A stretch of DNA of 64,000 nt from Nymphaea colorata (Eukaryota): NCBI RefSeq assembly GCF_008831285.2, contig NC_045138.2, forward strand, positions 36,022,001 to 36,086,000, read 5' to 3'. Below the pieces are notes generated by a model. That model was given only the letters and a program-made list of their open reading frames with translations. It was not told where the DNA came from and did no database searches. Positions within the stretch are counted from its first letter, which is position 1. Each line of letters opens with the position of its first letter. Below are positions 13,639 to 26,995 of this stretch, one piece after another. The position numbers and the translations under genes were made by a program.

Positions 13639-16600
13639 TATATATATATTTATTTATTTGTATTTATTTATTTATTTATTTATTTATTTGGCTGTTAATT
13701 TATTTATTTAAAAGCAAAACCTTGAGAAACTTATAATTTTCTTGTATTCATTTGTAAGTTCTAAATATTTAAGTTTGTTTTTGTAATATGAACAATTTTT
13801 TTTCGTGATATGAAAAAACTTGTTGGGCATAATAGAAATGTTACAAAGTTAAACAAAAGAGAAAGAAAGGGGCACCGCAGTCCTGCAAGAGGTATGCTCC
13901 CTCTCTCTCCTCCCCCCCCCCCTTTTTCTCTTTCCTTTCCTGAAAACCCACCATCCAATTTTTTTATTCTAAACTTTAACCAAAAAAGGCATGTCGAGGA
14001 TGTGTCCCTGTACCCACCTTGCTGCACCGGCATACCGACATGGATACGGGAACATTTTCCCTGTGACCTAGATTTCAAGGCATCTTTCTTTTCTTCTGCA
14101 AGCAAAACTGTGGTTTCACCTCTTGTTATGGTAAAAATTAATGACCACCCAAAAGAACATGATATATTCCAAGTTTACCATCCATCGAACGTAAGTATCT
14201 CCTGCAACTGCCTGGACAACAGACAAGAATCCCAAAGGGATTTCTACCACCAAATTCATTCCAAAAAAGGCATCAGTTATAGCTAAGATATTTATAGGAA
14301 TACCATCACCAACATTTCTCAAAAATATCAACCATTATATGGCTTCAAGAAGATCCCTTTCCTTTTTCTCTTTGTCCCAAAACCATGTTTTATAGCATAA
14401 CTCAAGAAGTAGCCAGCAACAGAAAAAATAGGAATCTCCAGACATTTCCAAGTCACAAGCACAGACCAAGACCATTACATAGACATGTCGATTACATCTG
14501 AACTCTGACATGGAACACTAGGTTACAACAAATCCATCTTTGTAGTAAGGTGATGAGTGTATTCTAAGATTAACACCCACAAATAGAGTACATTTTGGGT
14601 CACAAACATAAACCTGCTTTTGCCTACAGAAGGTGATGGTGTGAAGAACCAAGAAAATGGTAACCCATCTCACTGACATTATAAGATAGTTCATTTAGTG
14701 TGCGTGCAGAAAAGGTAAAACAGAGTACCGTCAATGAAACTTTAACAAACTTACTGTCCCATTTAGTTTGTGGATTCGAGATCAAGACAAAAGTCATTAC
14801 AACATAATCTCATTTATACACACAAATACAGGGGCAAAGAAATGTTTAGAAGTTGTAACCAAGAGAAAGAGTGATCAAAGTGAAGCCTAAGATTTGTAGA
14901 ACATCTATAGCCACTGAACAACCAATATGAAGCTCGAGAAATAAGTGACCTCGAACCATGTGATCCCTGAAAATAACCTTTTTACATTAACAAAGATAGC
15001 AATTCACAACAACATTCTGTTTTTTCAAATAATAACATAAATGTCCATGAAAACCCAGTTAATATGGTCTTGAAACTCAGAACAAACATGAGTGTAATAT
15101 CGATGACCAGGACTTACCTGATTCATTTCTGCAACAAGCTGATTCAGAATCTTGAGCCCAATAGAATAATGACCTGATGTTGCCTGAAAAGAGAAGCAAA
15201 AAACACATATGTATAAGCAGCATAAACAGTAAATTTGCAAGACGGAGAAACAGTCATATATGATACACTACAAACCACCAAGCCACCAAATGAAGTCAGC
15301 ATAGCGCACTGTAAAAAAGCATAGATGAGGCATGCATAAAATTACAGTATAAGAAGAAGGTAACATTAATATCCATGCAGCTTGTTCAGGCACGTGCATT
15401 TGTTTGCAATTTTATTTTTCACAAAGACCTGCAATGAAATTATAGAATGAACATTTTCTTCAGTCATTGGATATGCGGTAGACACGTGTTGAAAGAACGG
15501 CTTCACATTGACTTGCCAAGAATATTCAAAAGTTTCATCAGTGCTGTGAAATTCTATTGACAAGCTAACGGATTCCTTCTATGTTTCCAAGGCACTCGGA
15601 AGATATAGTGCAAAGTCATTTAACTGGGAGCCTCAACCTTGTTGACAACAAAAAGAACAAAAGTGCAGAACCCAACCACTGCTAATGAAAAAGTGTAGGA
15701 ACAAAGACTTGGACTCAAGTATAAGAAAGATAGCCAGGAATGCACCAAACAGTAAAGGGAAGAACTGTGGATGTTTCAGAATGTATTCTCAACTGAAACA
15801 GAAGAGCTTTGTGAAATGCATGAACTTGGTACAAGAAATAACAAGGTCTCTATTACAAAACAAGATGAGCCATAGCAAATTTTATACAGGCGTTCAAATA
15901 CGAACTTCTAGAAGGCTACCTAGATCTATACTCTTTTATTCAGCCAGCCTGACTGCCAAACCCACTGAGATAGCAAGGAACTGGATATAGAACACAAGGA
16001 CAAGACATAAAATTTAAGTGCATACAAATTACAAAAGGATGGCATTCCTTCCTTTCTTCCTTTTGAAGTTGTTCAAAGTGAACTGAAGACTGAAGTACAA
16101 AATGCCAAGTTCAATATTTATCGAGAAACTAATGAGCAAAAAAGGGTGTCACCATTAACTCTAACTTAAATTGCTGACACTTCCACTCCTCATGGAGTTG
16201 GTACTGGCATAGCTTAAAATTAAACACTTGATATAAAGCCTACAAATAGATTTTGTTCTTCCGTGACTTCAATGCGTAGAATCATCCAAAAACAATATCA
16301 AACGCTACATTAAAGCAACACATATCAACTAGTAAAGAAGCATTCATATAAGAAATGCTAGACAAAACATCACACTGCACCAAGAAAGCTTTTAACATTT
16401 AATTAAAGCATGATCTGAAAATATGAGCTATGAAAAAAAAAAAAGAAGTTGAGAAAGGGCTTATGACCGAAACCTGAGAAAGGGCTTATGACCGAAACCT
16501 TATCTTAAGCACAAGACAACGTTTTGCAACATAAAATATATAATGAAAGATATAGCCAGACAAAATCCTTTTTAAATCAAAGCAAGAATTCAAGCAAAGA

Positions 16601-17766
16601 TAAGACAGACTCCAAGAATGAAAGCTGTGATTGTGACCTCTAGCATCTTATAGGTGAATTTAGTGATAAAAAAGGCCATAAATTGCGCTCACCTGACTCA
16701 AAAAGTTCATTGATTCTTTAACCACATCCCTAAACCTATCATCATCATGCCATCCAAGCTTTGTAACCCGACAAAATAGTTGTATTAAAGATGCCGTAAC
16801 AAAAGGCTGCAACTCAGGTCCCCTCGCAGCCAGATAGCTGATCAGGTAATGTCCTTAAAATAAACCAACAATAACATACAACAATTATGAAGAAACAATA
16901 GAATTGATAAAAGTTAATACACTTGGCATGCCCATTGAAGTATATAAGCAATGCAATTGAGGTACACAAACAAGAAAAAAATTGTGATTGTTCTATGTTG
17001 AAGCACAAAAATAAGGCAACACATTGAAATTCAGGTCCTCTGACTAGCCTGGTAGCTGATTGGTAGTTTGCCTACAATCAACTAGAAAGGAACAACTGCA
17101 GAAGAAAATGAAAGTATGAAACTGAAAATAGCCAGGCAAATATACAAACAAGGTAACTGAATTAATATGACAAGTAGAAACTTGTAAATGGATCACCAAG
17201 TTGATGAGAACAGGTTAGACAAGAGTGCTAAAGACAGTGTTCAGTAATGTTGTAGAACATATGGTAGGAAATTTCCTTGAACATGAGATCACAAATTGAA
17301 AACAAATACCCCTACTTCACAGATTTCCAACTTTATTAACCCTGATGACATCTACAGAGTTCCAACCATACATCCTCATTGTATCAATCAATTCCAAACA
17401 AAAAAAAAATATATGCGGTTGACCATCCATGACCAACCACAGATAGCAAGCAGCAGACACGAATCTCATAGAAAGGCCTAACAGCCCTAGCACAGGCAAG
17501 AACATATGAATAAGAACGTTACTGATATCAAGTCGCAACTGCAATGAAAGGCTGTGATCTGTAACTTGCTTCAATAAGCTTGAACTTGCCAACATAAGTG
17601 CATAAGGAGAGACTGCATTGTCCAGAATGTATTGACATTGTGAGATGTAATCAACATTCACTGACAGGCACTTTAATGTGCTCTCAGCATGGGCCCTTTC
17701 AGCTGAATCCTGAGAATTGTAAAGTCGCTCACAGAGTGCTTCAAGTTGTGCTAAGCCCTCCATCAT
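1..17766 (-). CDS. XPO7: Exportin-7 / RanBP16-17 (importin-beta family nuclear transport receptor); 3' end lies outside the window
   Basis: Starts [29 protein letters not shown] (ATG ATG at 17766/17763). In-frame GT-AG exons: 17523-17766, 16693-16853, 15118-15183, 12570-12687, 12343-12452, 12168-12263, 10973-11096, 8786-8853, 7606-7692, 7366-7518, 7142-7237, 6875-6934, 6645-6766, 6477-6564, 5939-6043, 5747-5851, 5558-5610, 5396-5462, 4494-4628, 3167-3279, 2932-3025, 1390-1609, 1118-1248, 342-488, <1-51. Family motifs [62 protein letters not shown]. Confidence 0.93.
9149..9454. mobile_element. hAT-type MITE in an exportin intron
   Basis: Terminal inverted repeats TAAGCCTGGGCA / TGCCCAGGCTTA flanked by an 8-bp target-site duplication GTTATTGT (9141-9148 and 9455-9462); GC-rich subtermini, AT-rich core, no ORF. 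Confidence 0.85.
13461..14071. mobile_element. MITE-like element (probably hAT) with internal microsatellite, in an exportin intron
   Basis: Imperfect inverted ends CTAAGTCACATGGG / CCCTGTGACCTAG; ATTTCAAG at 13445-13452 and 14072-14079; related sequence at about 3925-4230. Confidence 0.6.
13561..13690. repeat. Compound microsatellite (TACA)n-(TA)n-(TTTA)n
   Basis: Directly visible. Confidence 0.95.
16451..16500. repeat. Perfect 2 x 25-bp tandem duplication (intronic)
   Basis: GAGAAAGGGCTTATGACCGAAACCT twice. Confidence 0.9.
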
Positions 17767-19780
17767 TGGAAATAGAGGATTTTCCAACAGTCAAGAAATT
17801 AAGAATCCACCAATAAATATTTCCTAGCTAATTGATTCTTTCCCACAAACATGTTAGAAAACTAGAAGATCCCACAAAATGCTGTTAAAATTTTATTAGA
17901 AAGGATTTTGCAACTTTCTCCTGGCTCAAATCAAACCATTATATTGCTGACCAGGCGAAGAGCTGGTATGAATACAACTACCACAATAAATGTTGCATTA
18001 TATACAAGCACATGTGACAGTATGTTTCATTGCAATAGTTTTTCATATTGGACAATTCCCCTTGAATGGCCAAACTAAAAATCAGTGATCAAGTACTAAG
18101 CGAGCGCTGCACATAGACTATGCTGCAACAGGTGTATCTGCCCAACATCAATGTATTCCTCTGGATCAATCCTGAAATACAGCAACAGAGAGCGAAGTCA
18201 ACTATATTAATCAATTCAAAAAAAAACATGATAACATATCAATCAATCTTGTGAACAGGGCCCATGTGCTTCAAAATGTAAATGAAGATGCGATCATACA
18301 AACAAGGGAAACCCAGCAGAAAGGAGAACCTATCTCAAATTTAACACAACATCTGATGCCAGGGGCACATCCAAAAAAAAATATGGAAGGGCGTGAGAAT
18401 ATGGAGGAAAACAGTTTCTAGAAAATGAATTTTCTGAATTTTTCAGAACTTCAGAAGGGTGATGATGCCCTCTGGTTCCGCCCTTAAATTGCACTGAAGC
18501 AACAGGAAAGAATATCAGATTTTGAACTGAAAAAGTTCAGGCAATCTTGCAATTAACTAATAACCAAATGCCATAAATGAATAAAATAGACATGGTCAAC
18601 CACATCCTATTTACATAAATATGCATATAAAAGTATGCTGCTTGCACAGATGAAGTTTAATCATTCAAACCACATTCAAGGAAAATATGGAGATGATCCA
18701 TGTTACACTGCGGCATAACATATTAACATTTACTTCATTTAAAGGTTATCCTCACTGTACACTAGGCAATTCAGCACATGGTGAGGAAGTCGAGCAGTTC
18801 CTTTACCGGTGCACAAGGTTTAACCCATGAAATCAAGTGAACAAAGTCGGAGTCAAGAGGGCTGCCTTTCCTTATCCGATTTGAGGGTGAAAGTACAGCA
18901 TAGGCGAATGTACACCTGGGAAGCACTATCTGAGCAATCAAACATGCCCTAGATAGAACTTATGAGATCACGTAAATGGCAGGCAATCTCCACAAGCAAG
19001 CATGACATATTTTGATAACCATCGGTACTCGAGCCATTGTTTGATAGGATAAAATGAATTAACGATACTATTGTCCGTTTCCTTTAGTCATAATGCCTCA
19101 ACCTCGAATCTAAGGGAATGTAGCAAGCACCTATCCAGAATCTCATTTATTCTTCTTGCAAAATTGACGCGAGTTCCCTGGAAGTCGAGAAATAGATATT
19201 GGATCTAGAAAAGAGCCACCAGAAAAGAGAGCTAAAAATTGACGTACATCTGAATGACGAAAGATGAATACAGTATAGGGAGTAGCTGAACTGCAACAGA
19301 TCTACTCAATACAATAACAGTCGAGATCAAACCATCGAACTCAAAAACCTGACAAGTGCAGGCAACAGGAAACCCCGAAAATCAACCACTCCTTTCGTGC
19401 AAGGAGTCAAGGCAACCAAATCAAACAAAAATCGCGATTTGAGAAGCCAAGAATCCGCCATCTCGAGATATTAAAGAAAAACACCTAAAATGACGATCAA
19501 GAATTGAAAGGTTAGAGCAAAACGAGGAAGATGGGCCGCTTACAGAACAAAGGGCGAACACTGGGGAATCCGAGAGCGACCGATTGAGTGATTCTCCTCT
19601 CCCTTCCGTCTGATCAATCTTTGATGCACGGAATGCCCTATAAATCCGGACAGATGGAGAAAAAAAAAGGGGGAAGGCGTGGATTTCTTTAGCGAGAAAA
19701 AGAAAGGGCAATGGGCAACCTAGCGCTCGATCTGCTCGCTGGGCAGTGGGAAACGGCGAGAACGGGAGTTGCGGGACACC

Positions 19781-19787
19781 TTTTATA
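19781..19787 (-). promoter_or_regulatory. Candidate TATA box of the exportin-7 gene
   Basis: TATAAAA on the minus strand followed by a pyrimidine-rich, GC-richer leader; a 5'-UTR intron acceptor (TTTCAG) at 18172-18177 would connect it to the first coding exon. Confidence 0.55.
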
Positions 19788-22700
19788 GCCCACTAATTAC
19801 CAGTCGTTTTTCTTTCCCTCCGTTTTCTCTCCATACACTGCTTGCCCGCGTTTCGTACACGAAGGAACAAGCTCTCGATCTTCTGAAGCCACGTCCGCCA
19901 CACCGAAGTCCAATTCCTCATTCGATCCTCTTCTTTTAGATAATTTCCAAATTTGCCGCACCTTGGTCGCATCATATAGAGGCCTTATTTTTCAGGTTCG
20001 ATAAAATCGAAAGCCTCCATTATTTTCGTTTTCGTCCGCAACTGTTGTCCTCTCTGGTTTGGCGCGAAGCCGAGTCGATTTGTGCTGGGATGTCCGAACG
20101 GCCGGTTCGATTATCAGCACGAAACGATACGGGAGGCGGCTCTTGGCAACTAATGAGCTCCTTTCAATCTATCGCTGCTCTGTGGTCACAGAGCGATGTG
20201 ACATTCCCAAATGAGTCCTAGAGTTAGCAAAAAGAGACGAAGTTGGTCACACGTTGCACACTTAAACCGGTTCCGTCGAAGAATCGTCTATTGGGAGGGA
20301 AAAAAGGAAAAAAACTGACTTATAAATTGACTCAAATTTGGTATACAGTTCAATTGCCTAAATCCAAATCTGCGTGATCTGATCCGATTATAAAAGATAT
20401 TTCGGATTTCTCAAGATTCCATTTCAACATTTTAAGTTTGGATTCAATTCGGGCATGAATTTGATTACAAGGAGCCCCCCTCCCCTGTGCCTTGAAGGTC
20501 TATGATTGTGTTAGGGCCTCGGGTGTTGAAACAGCGCATGTGTCTTGCGAGAAAAAACTGAATCTACAATTGACAATGTACAATTTAAATTGCCGCCAAT
20601 CCGACCAACTATGCTTTAAACTTGTTTAACTATGATGATTATAAAAAATCCAACTCGATTCAGATGTGTCAAAAGAGTGAATATATTTCAGGATTATGAC
20701 ATGACTTTGTACCCCTACCAGTAGTGTTCATCCACTTTTGGCCATGGCCACCACGATTGTGAAGGGTGCAAAGACTCTTGCCGTGACTTACGTCGTTGGT
20801 TGGCTTTCGTTGCACGTCGTCTGATCTAAATGTTGTTAAAATAAATTTTTCTTCTTTAATAACTATGTTTCTTTGTTTTGTTTTTTTTCTTTTAATGGAC
20901 CAAATGTGGCTGTATAACGCACCTAGGTACGACACGGGATCGATGATGTTACATGATGCATTTGTGCGTGACATGGGTGATGTGATGAACATGCGACCAT
21001 GGACATGTTCTCACGGCAGATGGATGATCCTGCACGCGAGGAATCATCTATTTGCGTGCTCTAAATGCATCAACAACTATTTGGACATCCTACTAATAGA
21101 GAAGCACTTAAATCGAGATGTCATGAATTAAAATTTTCCATTATTCCTCAAGTTATGGCTTTCACTTTTAGAATATTTGCAATTAATTCATTTGAGGGAG
21201 GATAAAAGCCAACAAGAGTCTCAGGTTGAACTCTCGAAAATCAAAACATTGAGAAGTATGAAATAATACGAAATTATGTAATTTCGATGCAGCGAATGAG
21301 AGTTGGATAATTATAAACATCACAAACAATCGAGAAGAAGACACGCAAAATAAGATTATGAATAAAAGTATTCGTGGACTAAAGCAAATCAAGAACGGCA
21401 AAAAGTGAAAGGTACACAATAAGGACAACATGCATGAGCATGTCATCGGTCATCATCACCAAGAAGGAGGACGTTACTTGCAAGGAAGAAACTATTCCTT
21501 GAAGGTGAAAATTAACCAATAAAGCAAGATACCATCACAACGTCATTGTCCATGCTCCACGAATTGAAGAATTCTTTCGAGAGCACAGGACAAATTGATT
21601 ACTACTTGGATTATACACTTTTGGGAATGGCTGCTTGTGGGACAGGGTAGCCAGGACAGTGGGTTCGTCGTGGTTCACAAGTTTGATATTGGTCAGGACC
21701 TAGTTTTTCAACGGTCATAATGCTGACAAGACCCAGCTCGAGAACTGCGGACCCATCTCGATAAATGAAGTGGTTGATGTGTCTGCAAGGATATATATAT
21801 ATATATATAATAAATTATCAACTTTTTTTTGTATAATCCAACCATATGTATGTAATTTTAATAATTGGTTGATATGGATTGTATACTAGGTCAATAATTA
21901 TTAACTTTGAACGTGCGTTTGTGGTCATCAAAAAATTAATGGTTCTTACGACAACATTAACTTGGATTAGGGCTGCTGACAAGACTTAATGGTTTATATA
22001 CTAGAATAAACTTTGCAATAACTTAATGGTTTGATTTTTGTTCATAAGTGCCTTGCAATACTTTTAACTAATGCATTAATTGACATTAGATAAAGTTTTA
22101 GTTGGTTTAAGGTTGCAGACAAGACGAGCTGGCCGAGCACCATGGCTTTGATCTTAGAACAATATCAAGTTGAGCTCGAGCTTGGCTTATTTGAGCCTGA
22201 CCGAGCTCAAACTCAGTTTAGCTAAACTCAAGCACCAAGTATGATCAAGTATAGAAAATTGAAATTAAATAGCTGAAAGATATTGTTGGATGATGAGATA
22301 TTTAAAACATGTCGATGAAAGCACCATAAATTATCATTAGAAATACCATACACCATTGCTATGATATAAAAGGTTGCTAATGCTCCATATGGCCTAGTGT
22401 TTTTATAGATAGTTTTTTAAAAAATGAGACAATCTGGCAACATTGGCAGCCAGCTTATTTTGTTTGTCAATAAAATATAAAATAAAATTTAACGTTATTT
22501 TTCCAAAACTATTATCTCCTAAAAGAATTAACATTTGAATTTGAGTCAAGCTTTGAGTGACTTGACTTGCTGTGCAGCCGATCGAGTGACCCTTATAACC
22601 AAGCAACTTAGACGGATTTAAATTATCATAGGAGCCGCATATGGGCAGGTCTGTCCAGTTGCTCAGATCATTCCCACAAAAACTCTTTATTTTTATCTTG

Positions 22701-23801
22701 GTCCTTTAAAATAATTTGTCCCCTCATATACAGTAATCCGCTGCGAGGTGAGTAGTGCTCCTTAGCATAAAAATAAAATTTCTAGCCTCATCACTGCATC
22801 GAGGGACTTGGCAATGACAAAAACCACACTCAACTTTATTTTTATTTTTTTAAGATTTTTCCATAGTTATTAAAAGGTTCCACAGTTTTTTGGCCAAATT
22901 AACGGTTAAATGAGAAAAATAATAACATTGAATATTTTCATGTTAGGCTTAACACGGAAACGTGATATTTTCCTCCCTGGCCCTATGAATATCATTGAGC
23001 TGCACGTCATTGAGGGTAGGAAGGGGTTTTGCTCCCCTTGGACGTTGTACGGAATGCAATAAACAGTCTGCCGTGTTAATTTTTTAAAATGTTTCAAAAT
23101 ATCGATTCATTTGGAAAATATCAAAAAGACTAACAAAACTATCTTATCCTTGGCAAAAGATAATCCATTAAAAGAATTCATCAATGACATTTTTTAATTA
23201 AATTCTTTAAGACTACACGTCTCACTTTACATCTCATTCTTCGAACAAAAAAATGAAAAAAATCAAAGAGAAACTAGCCAAAAAAAAAGTAAAGCATAGA
23301 TAATTATTTATTTTTGATTAGGAGTAAATAGTATTTTTAAATATATCTTAATGTTTTTTATTTATGAAGCCTGTATGTTTATTATTTTATAAAATTACAG
23401 ATCGTTTTATATATATTAGAATCCTAACCAGAGATGGTATGTTAAAGATTTAAAACGACAAAAATATACTTGATGGACAATGTAAAGACTAACTTTTCAT
23501 AAAAAATAAAAATATCGCAATGTGAAACGATAGAAATTGATTTTTACAATAGCCACCCCGAAATCGTGACGGCCAATCGGGCTTATCAACATCACGAGTT
23601 CCTGTCATCTGCTTGGTGTTGACTTGCAGTAGCCACCGGATGGCGATGTAATCCCGACGCGGAGGATTGATCGTTGATGTGCTTATCTACAGGGTCCAGC
23701 CACGCGATCTCTAAGTTAAGCCGCACAGAATTCCTGCTTCAGCTCATCATTTCATCTTCTCATAAATTCAAGCAGCAGCACCACCCTCCGGAATCGAGAC
23801 G

Positions 23802-26800
23802 ATGTCGCCATTTTGTTTCCTACTTTTCTTGGTCTTCATCGCTCCATTGGCGGCATCATTGTCACAGCGTCACCACAAAGTGATCATAGTTGGAGCAGGA
23901 ATGTCAGGTACCTATACAAACTTTATTTTCAGCGATACCCATCTTTCACTTCTTGACTTGGATGATGTTCAAATCCTCATTTGTCCAAGAAGACCATTGC
24001 AGAGCCCTGTTCTTAGATAAGGTTCTCAACTTCTCACTTCTCAAGGACAAAGAAAAACGCTACTGCTTCATATATTTGCAATGGGAAAAAATTGTGGCTC
24101 TGAGTTTATTTCTTCCTTTCTTTTGCGGGACTAGGTATTATGGCTGCCAAGAAGCTTTCAGAAAACGGGGTTGATGATTTCTTGATATTGGAAGGCAGTG
24201 ATCGGATCGGAGGCAGGATGCACAAGCGTGAGTTTGGGGGGAAAACTGTTGAGATTGGTGCCAATTGGATTGAGGGCGTTGGTGGGCTTCACTTGAACCC
24301 GTTACTAGAGCTTGCCCATGAGTCAGGACTCAGAACATTCTTCTTCGATTACTCCAATATCTCGTCCAATTACTTCGATTCAAAGTTGTGATTGTACTTC
24401 TTTTCCTTTTATACAGTTTACGTTAGCTGCTAAACTATACAACGAGTCCCTTTCCTTGTTTATTTTTTGAATGTTTTTCCTCTTCATCAGTGGTAAAGCT
24501 ATTCCACTTTCCGAGGTTTTGGACATAACGAAAAAACAAGAAGCTTCGAACAAGTTCAGCACTAATTTGGTAGCAACAATACGAGCTAACAACGAAGAAG
24601 ACGTTTCTGTTTTGGAAGCCCACCGCATTTTTGGATAGTAAGTTTCCCTATACGAATCAGTCCGCGCATTAGTCTCTGCTTCGGATCTTACAGTTTCAGG
24701 CTGAAAAGAATGTTAATGTTGGTTGTTCAAACAAATGGAATTAATTGTAGCGTTCCAGAAACACCTTTGGAGATGGCAGTAGACTATGTCGATTTTGACA
24801 TGGAGATGGCAGGTAGCCATAAATTTATGTTTTATGAAACGAAAGTGTGTTGAATTTGGTGGAATCTGATTTTCTTCGTACACCTTCCATTTTGTTGATA
24901 TGTTCTTATCACAGAACCTCCAAGAGTGACCAGTCTGAAGAGTGTAACGCCCCTTCCAACGAACTCATACTATGGTGCATCTTCGCGCTTTGTTGCTGAT
25001 GAAAGGGGATATGAGCAGCTAGTTCATGGTTTAGGTGGTAAATTTCTAAAATCAGTGGATGGGAGGTTGACTGACGGGCGCCTAATTTTAAGAAAGGTAC
25101 CATCGTGGGTGTGATTCTGGTGTTCATTAAATCTCATTTTGTAGTTATTAATAACTTCAATTCCGGTCAGGTTGTAAGGGAAATTCACTACAGAGATGAC
25201 TGTGTTCACGTTTTTGTTGAAGATGGAACTTCTTACAGTGCAGAATATGTCATACTTTCCATTAGCTTAGGTGTTCTTCAAAGCAAGCTTATTCGTTTCA
25301 AACCTGAATTGCCTGTAAGTGTGGATAGAATCCTGTTCATGTTCCCTACATACTCTACAGAAATGGATCAATTACTAACGTGCTGGCTTTACTATCTTGC
25401 AATTTATCTGGACTTAGCGATGGAAGATCCTTTCCATGTTCAAGTTTGACATGGCAATCTACATGAAGATATTTCTGAAGTTTCCACATATATTCTGGCC
25501 TTCTGGCCCAGGAACTGAAGTTTTTTCGTATGCGAGTGAAAGAAGGGGTTACTATAACTGTTGGGAGGTGGGTGCTCTCTTTTTTGGAGACCAAAATAAT
25601 GCATCTTGTTAATTGATTGTAGTTGAACGTCTGGTAGCATATGGCATGTACAAAATGTCTGAGGCTTACTGCTCAACTCTTTGTTTCCAAAGCACTTGGA
25701 GAAGCAGTACCCGGGGTCGAACATACTTTTTGTAACAGTTACAGATGATGAAGCCAGGCGTATTGAACGTCAGTCTGATAACGTCACCAAAGACGAAGCA
25801 ATGGACGTGCTCCGTAAAATATTTGGCCCTGAAATTCCTGATGCTTTGGATATTCTTGTTCCAAGATGGGGAATGGATAGACTTCAACGTGGATCTTACA
25901 GTAACTGGCCGATAGGCGTAACAGATGACGATTTCAACAAGCTAAAGGTAGTGCCCTTTAAACGTTGCTTTCACTATTTATCAACCAAGCACTTACAAAT
26001 TCGGCTCTCTATCAAACTGTATTTGGCTTTAGGCTCCTGTTGGACGCATTTATTTTACGGGCGAGTATACGAGCTTGCACTACAATGGTTATGTCCATGG
26101 CGCCTATTTTGCAGGTACCTTTTTCCTGCTTTATCATCTGCTGTGCTTTTCTGGCTTAACCTTGTATTGCTTTTCAAAGTTTCACGTCTCAGATTCAAGT
26201 ACGGGAGTTTCCTTGAAAGGTTCCCGAAAATGTGCAGGTGAAATAAGATCATAGTGTCATAATTGCTGTCAGTAACCTTATGCAGTAGGAGAAAGCCATA
26301 TTCTGCAGCATCCACTGCCAACACTCACAATTTTGAATAAACCTTGTCTTTTTTCCATAAAAAAATTAGCGGGAACTTAGGAAAACAAGTTTGAAGAAGT
26401 AATAGGGCGAAGAGAAAAAAGCTAAAAATGTGTGTGTATTATAAGGAGAAGCCTTCTCAAAGAAAGGGGTGGTAGGCCTGTTGGCTATACCCCCTGCCAT
26501 TCAACTCTTTCAATTACTGAAACAACTGAAGATAACTGGCTTCATGCATTGGACTGTGCTATCCGAAAGGCCAGTTATAGTTTCGTTCGCAGTGACCCTT
26601 GAGTGAATAACATGCAGGAAAGGAAATGGCCTCCTTGAGATTCTGCTATTGCATGTCATTGTGGTGTGCTGTCGACTCTGATCCGGTAGATTTGCATGTA
26701 GTACTTTTCTCGACATCCTTGCTGCTTAAGTGCACTATTCACATATGTAGAACTGATCAATAACCGTAAGGAGAAATGGTAGCTAGCTCTTAATCAGCCA

Positions 26801-26995
26801 CTTAAGGTAGGCCAACAGTTGCAGTTATTACATGAACTAGTTTTTCATGTAACAGTGTTTTGCTAATTTCCTTCATAAGAATGTCTCTTTTCTCTTAATG
26901 CATAAATTTGAAAACCAACAGGTATGGAGACCGCTTCTGATGTTCTGAAGAATTTAAGAAAGCGATGCTGCTTAGTTGTCAAGAAACAACAATGA
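23802..26995 (+). CDS. PAO: Polyamine oxidase, secreted ZmPAO1-type flavoprotein, copy A
   Basis: Exons 23802-23907, 24135-24384, 24491-24637, 24751-24812, 24915-25096, 25171-25314, 25418-25567, 25693-25947, 26033-26114, 26922-26995 join in frame. Hydrophobic N-terminus, FAD motif [60 protein letters not shown]. Confidence 0.92.

Noticed and set aside
13761..14331. ORFs of 70-158 aa inside an exportin intron
   Set aside because: They overlap a MITE and show no domain similarity.
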